Shown piece by piece: positions 36,001 through 47,193 of a stretch of DNA of 64,000 nt. Under the pieces are notes generated by a model that was given only the letters and a program-made list of their open reading frames with translations, ran no database searches and was not told where the DNA came from. Source of the stretch: Takakia lepidozioides (taxonomy: Eukaryota; Plantae; Bryophyta); the NCBI GenBank assembly GCA_030704615.1, contig CM060733.1:22692001-22756000 (forward strand), read 5' to 3'. Numbering within the stretch: the stretch's first letter is position 1; each line of letters opens with the position of its first letter. The translations under genes were made by a program, and so were the position numbers.

Positions 36001-38860
36001 TGTCAATGCAGACATTCAGTTGTTCTGCATTGTTTTTGCCTCTTGCGAGGAATCTGGAGGCTTGATAAGCTGTGTTATGAGAAATCCAAAGTGAATGTCG
36101 TTGACGACATTCACTTCTGTGTCTGTATTATTCACCAGCGACAATTTGAATTTACATGGATTGGGAGCTAAGTAATTGGTTCCTTGTTGGTATTTTTGTG
36201 AATGGCGTTGACGTCATTCACATACAGTGTTGTTGTGAGGTCCTCAGTGATATGTTCGTTATGAATGTGCATTGAGTTTTCCGGGAGGGTTCCTTACTCG
36301 AGTTTATGATTTCCATCCTTTGATTTTGCTTCATTTGAGGAATAATTAGGCTTGATTAGGAGTGTATTCACAAATCCAAAGTGAATGTCGTTGACGACAT
36401 TCACTTCTATGTCTGTGTCATTCCAAAACGATAGTTTGCATTCACGTGGATTAGGGTGTATTTACAGTATCATTGAATGGAATGTTTTGAATGGCGTTGA
36501 CGACATTCACATCCGGAGCAGTCGTGTGGTCCTGAAAGGTCCTTGGAGCAGTTCTCAGAGCCATTTCATTCTATGTTTTTTTCATTCTGTTCTACTTGCA
36601 TCTTACTCACTGAGCGCTTTGGTGGGTTGGGATTTATCTCCTTTTTTCAGGTACACGAAATATGTGCTTATGGAAGGAAATCACCTGAGCGGAATTCCAG
36701 ACTATCTTGACATGTGGTCGGACCCTGCAAACGATCCAACCATGTATACTGCAGGGATATTGAAGGACTGGAGTCCTTCTCACTTCAGAGACTGTGGGTG
36801 GTACCTTGACTGCCCACCGGAGCACACGACCTTTCAAGAACAGCATATGAAATACTTGAACAATAACGCTGAGATGCTGGCGCCTTTGACTGACGAAGAG
36901 TACCAACGAAACATAGCAACATTGGCTGCCAAGGAGCCTGATGCTCAGGGAACGCCGCAGAAGGGAAAGAAGGCGGGCCGCAAACCAAAAGACAAGGCTG
37001 TTGATGTCATAGCCATCTCACCAGCAAAGCCAAAGGACAAAGACAAGTCCAAAGAGAAGGAAAAGACAAGGGGAAGGAGAAAGAAAAGGAGATGGAGAGT
37101 GGGCAGGACTTTACTGCTGGAAGATATACCCGCACTGTTCAGTGCGTGTTCGATGCCAAGCCACACCCTTCCCGTTCTGATTCGGCAGGAGAGATGAAAA
37201 TTGTTAATGAGGGTTGGCTGTCGATGATGCAGAGTCGAAAGAGAGGATACACTGGGGTGCCTTCGCCTACCTGGGACAATATAATCTCATTCCTCAATCT
37301 GGTGAGAATTCCAGTTTCTTTCCTTTTTCTCTGAAAGTTTCGTTGGCAGTATTTCAGTCTCGTTCTTTGAAAACATTCTTGCCATCGTTCTTATAAAAAA
37401 CATGTCTGTTGCAGGTGAGCACAGGTCCCACCTTCGTGTGCGGTGTGCAGAAAACATATGCGGCCGACATTGTCATTCTCGACATCCCGGATGGCCAGGC
37501 TGTGCCAGAAGTTCTTCCAAAGGGCAAGACGCCAGGCTGGAACAAATTCGAGGACAACTACTGGAGTTGGGTGTTCGGGTTCTGTAATAACTTCCTCTCT
37601 GATGCAGGGACACTTCTGCTTTTTCAGTCATGTGACAATGATAGTCGTCGGGCATTGGCATCATACCTCAAGTCTTCAGGGTTTGAAGTTTTGCGCACAT
37701 GGAATTGTGTGAACAGCCTCTACCTTGTGAAAGGGGGTTTCCCTGGTCAGCTGGTATGCCGTCTCCCTTCTGCTTGTGCTTTCATGATGAGTTTCAATGT
37801 TCTCTGCAGCTCCACTCTAGTAGAATCTGTTATGATCGACACCGATCATCACCGATTCGTGATAAAAATGATTTTTTTGTGTCTGAGTTCTGAATAGCCG
37901 ATGTACACACTTCCACTATAGATTGTGTTTACCACACTAACCTGCTATCTTTGGCAGACGAGGATGTTCGAGGCGATCTGCCTGCGCAGGATTCGCACCT
38001 CCAAGACACCATCCTCCATCCGCAGCTTTGAGATTTCTGACCAGGGTTGTTTCGTCAACCCCCCCTATGAGCCCCATGTCGATGACATTTTGTACAACTT
38101 CATGCAGTCCAGTCAGACTCTGAAGAGACCAGATGGCACTCCCTGGAGAGGTGCAAAGGAAAAGTCCCCAGCGTTCATGCAAATACTGCTGGAGTCATGC
38201 AGCCACCACTCTGCACGGGTGGTCGATCTTTCTGTGTCCACAGGTTCGTTCTTTCCCTTCCGAATTGGTTTTCTTTCAACAGTTTCATCTGCTTAAATCC
38301 CCCCACCAAACTGTTCATGTCCTCCTGTCTGGTGCAGGAGCAACTTACCATGCATGCAAGGCAGGCGGAAGAAGCCTTTTTGGCATGGAGGGTGATTCTG
38401 ACCTCTACAACACAGTGCTCCTCCCCTTTTGTCTGGCTCCACTTCAGGCACACAGACTGATCGGATTCAAATTCGAAATGATGACGATCCCGAAGATAAG
38501 CAGGTCGACAACGACTTTTCATGTGAGTAAGTGCTAAACCCTCTTTGGGAGCCATACTCAATTTCTCAATAACATCAAAGTTACAGTAATAACTTTTTCA
38601 GGCTGTCTTTCAGGAAAGGCAGCGGTGGATCTTCAGGAGATACAGTCATTTCTGGCGAGTCTGTTTTCGACAGCCCCCTTTCCAATTTTCTGCTTCCTGT
38701 TTATGCCGAAGCAATGGCACTTCACGCGGCCGAGTCCCTATCCCCTGACTTTTTACTGCCCAGCCGTAGGTGTATCCAGCGTGGATCCGGTGTTCTAAAA
38801 TACTTAGACTTAGATGCAGAGGAAGCGGGGATACATTGTACTGACTCTGAGTCAGACTGA
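33087..38860 (+). CDS. Multi-exon ParB/Srx-like + beta-class N4C/N6A DNA methyltransferase-like gene (about 10 exons; apparent 1-nt frameshifts near 34760 and 37060)
   Basis: Predicted GT-AG exons 33087-33383, 33972-34564, 34659-34850, 34935-35372, 35458-35684, 36651-37301, 37415-37753, 37958-38243, 38338-~38523, ~38614-38860. VWDGNHRLLAW at ~34410; DIVILDIPDG at ~37466-37495; EKSPAFMQILLESCS..VVDLSVSTG|ATYHACKAGGRSLFGMEGD. Confidence 0.75.
35764..36511. repeat. Six spaced copies of palindrome (G)TGAATGTCGT-TG-ACGACATTCAC in an intron
   Basis: Copies at about 35765, 35886, 36091, 36198, 36381 and 36488. Confidence 0.9.
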
Positions 38861-39832
38861 ACTATATTCTTTTAATATTCATTTTCATACTATCTGGAAA
38901 ACGTTGAATCCCCTTCCTCCACCGTAGTTGTTCCTTTAGAACAAATAATAATCACAGAATCAACTTTCATTTAAATTGCAATATGTATGAATCCATCTCA
39001 CAAACCTCCCTGACTCTTCTCATATCCATTGTGCATTCATCTACACTGTATTCATGCGTGCTCCATTCATGAATGTTTTCATTTGTTCAACATCCATTGT
39101 ACATTCATCCTCTGTACTCTTTAATCCACCCCACAAACCTTCCACACTCATTTCATATACGTTGTGCATTCGTCAAAAGTTTTGGTCATGCATCTTCCTG
39201 TCATGAATTTTTGTCATTGCTCAACATCCATTATACATTCATCCATTTTACTCTTATCCATCCCTCATTCATCCATCTACATTCATTTTTCACACTCATC
39301 CATCTGTTTATCATCCAACTGTACATTCATCCATCCTTTATTCAATGCCTTTTATTATGTCGTCCAGCTTGTTTCCGCGGTAAAGGGTGCCAATCCGCGG
39401 GAATACACTCCACTTCTTTCTGGGCGCGTGGTGACACGGCCTTCACGTGTGATGACATGGAGTGAGCCCCGTGACGTGGCATTGGCGCAAGGTGACGTGG
39501 CGTGAGCGCAGTTGCGCTCACGTGACCAGGCTCACGCCGAGGCATCCCTGAGTGATGATGTCCATCTCGTCATTGAGAAGATTGCACATCTGATTACGCC
39601 AAGTATCTCTTCCGCATATCTGATGTGCGCCTTTCTGACCCTCGACACGCTTCTTTTTTATTGTATCTTGTGAAACTTTTGTTCCTACACCTTCAATACC
39701 ATCGGCAGTGTCCTTCTGTATTGTATCTTCCACAACATTCATGCTCGCTCCAGCATCGGACCTAGACACCTCACCCTCCATTCCCACACATTTCTCAACT
39801 CGACTAACTTTCCAGACAACGGGTGTCCCCAG

Positions 39833-42800
39833 TGTCGCGGCCCTTTGCCTTGAGGGCAGGGGGGGGTCGGGACACATGAGGGGCTGCCCCTGTGGTGGGG
39901 GCAGCAGCAGCGATAGGTATGGGGGGCTGAGGCACCCTTGAGTGCCCAAGGCACTCAGGGAAGCGGAGGCGCTCACTAGGTGGAGCCCCGCACACCGGGT
40001 TGTGGTGGGGGTGGCTCCACAAGGGGTGGTGGTAGCTTAGTGGGACTTAGTGGGGGTGGCATAGGACTCACCATGGGGGCGGAGACCTCGTGGTGGGAGT
40101 CGTGGGGAGTCTGGGGACTCATCACGGTCCATAGGGGCCGTGGTGAGCGGGCCAAGACTCACCGCGACTCACCACCGGGAGTCGAGGGTTTTCGTGGTGG
40201 TTCGCCATAAAATGGCATGGCTGGTTGTGGAACCCCCGCGGACAGCTACAGAAGTATATATAGGGAGTAGTAACCCCGAGAACGGTGCAAGCCCATTGGT
40301 GACCAAAAACTAGTGAGTAAGCGAGCGAGCCGGAAAGCGACCAAAGAGTGGGGAGCTGTTCCGGACTGCCATCTACCAAAGGGAATTCTCCTAGTCCCAA
40401 TTAGGTGGAGGGTTTTAGAGGGAAGCGAAAGGGGACCGTTATGTCCCGGTGAGCAGCCAAAACTCCAAGTTGGCCCGGCGGCCAGGTTGGGAGTCAGGCG
40501 CGCGCATCAAAGCGAGTAACTATGACTTGAAGGGGAGTTTACCGAAGTGAGGTGCGCGACATTTGGTATCAGAGCTTAGAGTTCAGTACGCGATCGTCCT
40601 TGGGATTGGCCTCATCATGGGGTCGGGCAAGCCGAAGCGAAAGCGGAACGGCCCAAAAGATGATGATCCCGGTGAGCCCGACGGGGGCGACGTGTCACCG
40701 AGGCGGCCGTTTGAGGAAGCGATGAATGTTTCCGAAAACGAGGCCGCTCAGGAGCGGGAGGAATCCAAGGAGTCGGAGCCCGAGGAATCCTTGAGAGCTC
40801 CGACAAACCAAGAGATGCCTCCCATGCCGGCAGCCTTTTGGGAAGGGTTGTTGGCGCAGTTTGGCGGGACGTTGAAAGACGTGTTGAAGGCGGCTAATGC
40901 CACTTCCACTAAGGCAAAGTTTAAGGTGAAGCCTAAGGAACCCGGCACCTTCGAGGGCGTTCGAAACCGGAAGGCACTCAACACCTGGCTCCTGGAGCTA
41001 GAGCAGTACTTCCGGGCGGCCAAGTTGAGTGACGAGGATCGGGTGGAAGTGGCTCCCACCTATTTGAGGGGCTATGCTCAACAATGGTGGCAGAAACGCC
41101 TTCACGACCGAGGCCAAGCCCGGAAACCTTGAACTGGAGTGGGTTCAAGGAATTGATGAAGAGACAGTTTGTGCCCCTCAACGCATCCTGGCTTGCCCGG
41201 GACAAGATGAGGAATTTGAAGCAAACAGATGACATTCGGGGGTATGTCCAGGCTTTCAATGTGCTGTTGCTCGAAGTCGCGGACATGGCAGAACCAGAAA
41301 TGGTCTTCAACTTTGTGGCGGGACTGGCCCCATGGGCTAGGCGGAAGTTGGAGGAGAAGCCACCCAAGACTTTGAACGAGGCAATTGAGAGAGCTGAATG
41401 TTTCTCGGATGTCCCTAGGGGTGAGAGACAAGGCCGTACGGAGCTGAACCACAAGAAGACCCGGCGGGAAGGTGACTCCTCCCGACCGGAAAAGAAGTGG
41501 GATAGGCCACGCGGCGAAAATGGCACGTGGAAATCGAAGGGAGGGCCTTCACACGTCAAGGCGGCACCCGATGCTTCGAAAGGAAAAGCGGGTGGAGCGG
41601 CTTATGGCGGACAGAAGGCGACCTTTGATGGAGTGTGTTTCAATTGCGGGGAGCCCGGGCACATGGCCAAGAAGTGCACGAAGCCCCGGCAATTGAACAT
41701 GACTCGGGCGACCACGGAGCTGTCGGAAGATACCATCAGTCGCTTGGTGGAAGCGGTAGTCGCCAGGACTTGCAAGGTAGGCAACTATTCTTGTGAGTTG
41801 TATCAGGAAACTGGCGCCTGCGTAAAGGGAGTCAGTTATTGTTCGTGGATGGGATAATATCCGGAACTAACGTGTCGTTGTTGGTGGACACAGGAGCGTC
41901 GCACTCCTTCATGACGCCGGTGGCGGCGCGAAAGTTGGGACTCCCGACAAGTGACGTGGGGGCCTCTATTGAGGTGCGCTCTGCCAAAGGAGAACCTCAG
42001 TTGGCGACAAGGTTGGCGTTTGATGTTCCTCTTCAACTGGGGAGTTGGGAGGGACGTGAGAACTTCACTATCTGCGAGATCGATGGAGTGGATCTCATTT
42101 TGGGATGACCTTTTTGAGCAAATCCGGAGCGGTCATAGATGGCCGCAAGAGAGTAGTCACGCTGCCATGTGGGAATGGTGGCGAGGTTTTACGAGTGTCG
42201 AAACGCCCAAATCCGTGGGAGGGCGAATAAACCTTCTGTCAGCAAAGGAGTGGGCCGTGGAGGAGGCACACGAGTCCCAGTTTTTGCTTTACATTAGAGA
42301 AGTGAAAGGAGAAGGCGATGGGGAGCCGAGCCCAGATTGGATCAAGGGGATTTTGGAGAAATACCAGGATGTGATGCCGGAGGATTTACCAAGCGGCTTG
42401 CCACCGCGAAGAGGAGTTGACCACAAGATTGAGGTGATACCGGGATCGGAACCGCCTGCCAAGGCGCCCTACCGGTTGAGCCACAGAGAGTTGGTCGAGC
42501 TGAAGACTCAGCTCAAGGATCTAATGTCAAAGGGGTACATCCGGCCGAGTAAGTCACCTTACGGAGCCCCGGTGCTATTTGCAGACAAGAAGGATGGGAC
42601 GCTGCGGATGTGTGTCGATTACAGGGCTCTGAATAAGGTGACTATCAAAAACCGGTACCCTTTGCCAAGGATCGACGACCTCTTCGATCGGTTGGCAGGA
42701 GCGAAGTATTTCAGCCGGATCGACTTGCGCTCCGGCTATCACCAAATTCGGGTGGCGGAAGGAGATGAGGAGAAGACCGCGTGCAGGACAAGGTATGGTT

Positions 42801-45800
42801 CATATGAGTTCTTGGTGATGCCTTTTGGGCTCACCAATGCACCAGCGACATTTAGCACGCTGATGAACAGCCTTTTCCAGGAGTGGTTGGATGACTTTGT
42901 GATCGTGTACATCGACGACATCTTGGTGTACTCGAAAACAAAGGAGGAGCACCTGGAGCACCTCAAAAGGGTGTTCCAAAATTGCGAGAAGGGAAGCTGT
43001 ATGCCAAAGCTTCAAAGTGCGAATTCGGGGTCACACAAGTGGAGTTCTTGGGGCACGTGATTACACAGATGTATCAAAATGGATGACAGAAAGGTGAGGG
43101 CGATCTTGGACGGGAGCCTCCGACTTCGGTCCCGGAGTGCGATCCTTCCTAGGACTCGCCTCCTATTACAGGAAGTTTGTGAGAAATTTCGCCAAGATCG
43201 CGGGGCCACTGTCGGACCTGCTGGGTATCCAAAGTCTGGGTATGGAACACATTTTGTGGCCAAGCTTTTGCTGAATTGAAGCAGCGTATGACGGAAGCTC
43301 CAGTCTTAAAAATCCCGGAGTTCGATCGTCCGTTTGAGATTCATACAGATGATCGGACTTCGCATTGGGGGTGTCTTATGCAAGATGGACGTCCAGTGGC
43401 TTACCGAAAGTAAGAAACCTGATGAATGGAGCGCGGTGGCCGACGCACGAAAAAGAATGAAGGCGGGGTACATTGCCCTTGAACTCTGGCGCCACTATGT
43501 TGGTTCCAACCCAGTGAAGGGTTCACGGACAATGTCACGGTGAGTATTTGCCACGCAGCCCAAGTTGTCCCCAAACACTTAGGTGGCAAGATACTTTGGC
43601 AGTGTTCGACGTGGATATCCATTACAACCGGGACGGGACCATGTGGTGGCCGATGCTTTTAAGTAGAAAGCAGCAGCTCTTGTTGGTGTACAAGGGCGGA
43701 GACGACCGCTCCAAGGAAGATCCTGAAGCTTGCCGGAAGGATGAGCTGGCACATTGCGTTGATGCAGAACTTGAGACTGGGGGTTAAATCGCAGTTCCAC
43801 TTGCCAAACGGACTGCTCCGTATAAGCAAAAACGTCTCTATGTGCCAAAGGGAGGGATCAGGGATAGTCTCTTGAGAGAATGCCATGATAGCCCGCCTTG
43901 CGGCCACGGTGGAGCCAAGCGCACTGCGGCACTCCTTGAAGAAAGAGTATTTCTGGCCCAACTGAGGGAGGAGGCAGAGGAGTATAAAGACATGCACCAC
44001 ATGCCACCAAACCGATCGCAGTATAAAAAGCAAGCGGGGCTGTTACAACAACCCTTGCCGATTCCAGAGGGGACTTTGGAAAGCGTCTCGATGGATTTCA
44101 TGACCTATGCCGCGTCAAAGGATTCGATGCAATCATGGTGGGGGTAGATAGGTTCAGTAAAATGGCCCATTTCATCCCACAAGGAGACGGCTACTACTGC
44201 GCCAGGAGACAGGGCGACTTTACTTCGCCCACGTCTTAAGAGCATCATGGAGTCCCGAAGGATATTGTCTCTCGGACCCGCGACCCAAAGTTTACGAGTA
44301 AAATTCGGGAGAGCACTTTGGAAGAAGATGGGGACGAGCGGAGATGAGCACCGCCTTCTCCGACCTACGAACGGACAGGCCAAACGGAAAGAGTGAATTC
44401 CGTGTGAAGCAATTCTTGCGGAATTACGTGTCGGCATACCAATCAGACTGGATGGAACACTTAGACGGCGGCAGAGTTCTGTTATAATAACACAGACACT
44501 CCGCGACGGGAGTTTCCTCCCCTTTTGTGTTGGTCTATGGAAAAGCACCTCTGGTGCCGACAAGTGGGCCCGCCCAGGACGTTGAGGAACCGGCAGTACG
44601 GCGGTACTGGAAGACGCGAGCGTTTGTTGAAGCTCGCAAAGTACAACATTGCCAAAGCTAGGAAACGGTATGAAAGGCAGGCGATCGGAAGCGGAGGGAA
44701 GTGAAGTTTGAGGCAGGGCACAGAGGTCTGGGTGAACATCAAGAATTTTTCGACTACCTCCGGAAATGAGTCCGAATTTCGTACCTCCGTATGGCGGGTC
44801 CCTTTCGCATTCGGAGGGTATGAATGAGGATGTGGATAAATTGGAGCGCCGCACCAGCAAGGTGCACCCAGTATTCCATGTCTCCCTTTTTGAAGCCTTA
44901 CTTCAAAGAATGAAGCACGTCCTCAATCGGCAGCAAGTGTTGCGTCCGCCACCTATGCTGTTGGATCATGAAACGAACCCGATTACGAGGTGGAGGCAAT
45001 ACTTTAGTCGAGGAGTTCAAGAACCGAGAAAAACGGAGTATCTCGTCAAATGGAAGGGCTTCATCTTGTGGAAGGCATCTGGGTGCGTGCCTCAAGAAAT
45101 GGAAACGCCATCCGAGGCAGTTGCAGCATTCGAGGGCGACCTCAAAAGCGGAAGAAGCGGATGGGGACATCAACCTTGGAGCGTGGGGGAGGAAATGCAT
45201 GCTTAGCCCGGTTTTAGCTAGCTCAGGAATCCGATTGCAAAAACTTGTATTGTACAAAAATTTGTGCTAAAGGAATTGGGTTCCAAATATTGTGCGTCCT
45301 ATTGTGTTTGGAATGGTGATCATGGTGTGGTTGGCTGGTGGTGTAGAATGCATGCTAGCTTACAAAGTGGAGAGGTAAATTGGGTTAATCGTGTGTTGGC
45401 GCAGTGCCGAAATCGGGTGACTCCCCATCCAAGGGGCAGGAAACTTGCGCCTTATTTGGAGTTCAGTGCTAGTGCGCACCCTGGCGCGTGCGCGTACTAT
45501 AACTGCGCTAAACCGAGGGGGTTGCCTTGTAGTGCGGGCTAACGCGGAAGCTACGTGCTTCCGTTCACGTACTATAATCGTGTAGCCTCGGGACGAGTCG
45601 TATTGCGGCTTCGGCGTGTCCCGTACCACCTCAGGCCATCATTCCAAGGCGGACCAATTGTAGTGATTGGGCGCACGGTTGGTTCAAGGTATCTTCCTAG
45701 TCAAAGAGGGTTCCAGTGAACCCTTGCTCAAGGTGATGCCAAAGCGCTCATGAGCGATCGCAAGCAATGTTGTTGCAGTAAGGCGATTCGATCCTCGGGA

Positions 45801-46777
45801 GGATCGTTCCTTGGCCTTGAAGTAGGCCAAGAAGAGTGCACTGGGGGAGCTGTAAGAGGCTCCACCTTGGCCGGAACTTGGAGGAAGTCGGCCGAACTAG
45901 CTATGTGGAGAGTGGAGTCAAGTGTGGGGTGTTGGTTCTTGCCATGGGACGCCATGGTAACTGAACAAACTCCTTGATGTGGGACGCCACAACTGGATTT
46001 CGTTTCTCTAACAAAATGGACAAGTCGATGAGTACACTCGACTCCCTGTTTAGGGGTGTGTGTCCGCAGCCCTTTGCCTTGAGGGCAGGGGGTCCGTGAC
46101 CATGAGGGGCTGCCCCTGTGGTGGGGGCAGCGGCAGCGATAGGTATTGGGGGCTGAGCACCCTTGAGTGCCCAAGGCACTCAAGGAGGCCAGAGGCGCTC
46201 ACTAGGTGGAGCCCCGCACACCGGGTTGCGGTGGAGGTGGCTCCACAAGGGGTGGTGGGTAGCTTAGTGGACTTAGTGGGGGTGTGCATAGGACTCACCA
46301 TGGGGTGGAGACCTCGAGGTGGGAGTCGTGGGGAGTCTTGGACTCATCACGGTCCATTGGGGCCGCGTGAGTGGGCCAAGACTCACCGCGACTCACCACC
46401 GGAGTCGAGGGTTTTCGTGGTGGTTCGCCATAAAATGGCATGGCTGGTTTATGAACCCCCGCGGACAGCTACAGAATATATATAGGAGTAGTAACCGCCG
46501 AGAACGGTGCAAGCCCGTGGTGACCAAAAACTAGTGAGTAAGCGAGCGAGCCGGAAAGCGCCAAAGAGTGGGGAGCTTTCCGGCTGCCATCTACCAAGGG
46601 AATCTCCTAGTATTCCCCCAATATGGAGGGGTTTTTAGGGAAGCGGAGGGGACCGTTTTGTCCCTTTACAGTCCGAAACTCCACTTGGGGCCGGCGGCCA
46701 GGTTGGGAGTCAGGCGCCGCATCAAAGCGAGTAACTATGACTTGAAGGGGAGTTTTACCGAACTGAGGTGTGCGACA
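39833..46777 (+). mobile_element. Full-length Ty3/Gypsy chromovirus copy 2 (LTRs 39833-40561 and 46061-46777), no TSD
   Basis: TGTCGC...GCGACA termini; PBS TGGTATCAGAGC at 40564; gag with CFNCGEPGHMAKKC; protease LVDTGASH; RT YIDDIL; integrase; chromodomain; ~0.9-kb 3'UTR; flanks CCCAG vs TGAAT. Confidence 0.93.
40617..45170 (+). pseudogene. gag-pol polyprotein with frameshifts
   Basis: ORF pieces 40563-41132, 41084-41857, 41839-42108 and 41951-43060, followed by fragmented RNaseH/integrase/chromodomain. Confidence 0.9.
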
Positions 46778-47193
46778 TGAATTCCCTGAACTGCTACGTG
46801 ACAATGGATTTGGGAATCGCAGGTATGTCGAATGCGAAGGAGCAAATCGTAATGCACACAAATTCGTTTCGGCTTGTACGTCAAATGGGATGGAACACAG
46901 ACATTGGAAGACTACGTGACACGTTTCAGATGTGCATACAAGGACAACCTTTTCGCCAGAGAGCTACAACAGCAAAAGGAGCGTGGAGTTTTACACATCA
47001 GATCAGGAGAGCGGGGAAAGCTGCCAATGCGAATTGTTTACAGGTGAGCACAGCTGCCCTTGTATGCGAAGCCTGGTTACGAGGTTTGTCTCGGAAATGC
47101 GGCACCGCATTCGCAACATTTTATGTTTCTGGTGGCACTCTGCCAGTAGGTTGGTCTCAAGTTTTTGCTCACGCATGGCTGACTGCCTTGCAG

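Larger units (their letters stand above)
28103..39550. mobile_element. Complete 11,448-bp MULE-like DNA transposon copy A (transposase + ParB/DNA-methyltransferase cargo gene)
   Basis: 9-bp TSD AGTGATGAT at 28094-28102 and 39551-39559; degenerate 21-bp TIR CAACGACGCAATGGCGTGAGC / revcomp CAGGGATGCCTCGGCGTGAGC; GGCGTGAGC subterminal repeats at both ends; flanking ORF is restored on excision. Confidence 0.9.

Noticed and set aside
35764-36511. CRISPR array
   Set aside because: Eukaryotic intron, irregular 80-180-bp spacers that are similar to each other, and no cas genes.
33087-38860. Bacterial or phage contamination as the source of the ParB-MTase
   Set aside because: The gene has multiple GT-AG introns conserved in a paralog and sits inside a TSD-bounded plant transposon nested among plant retroelements.
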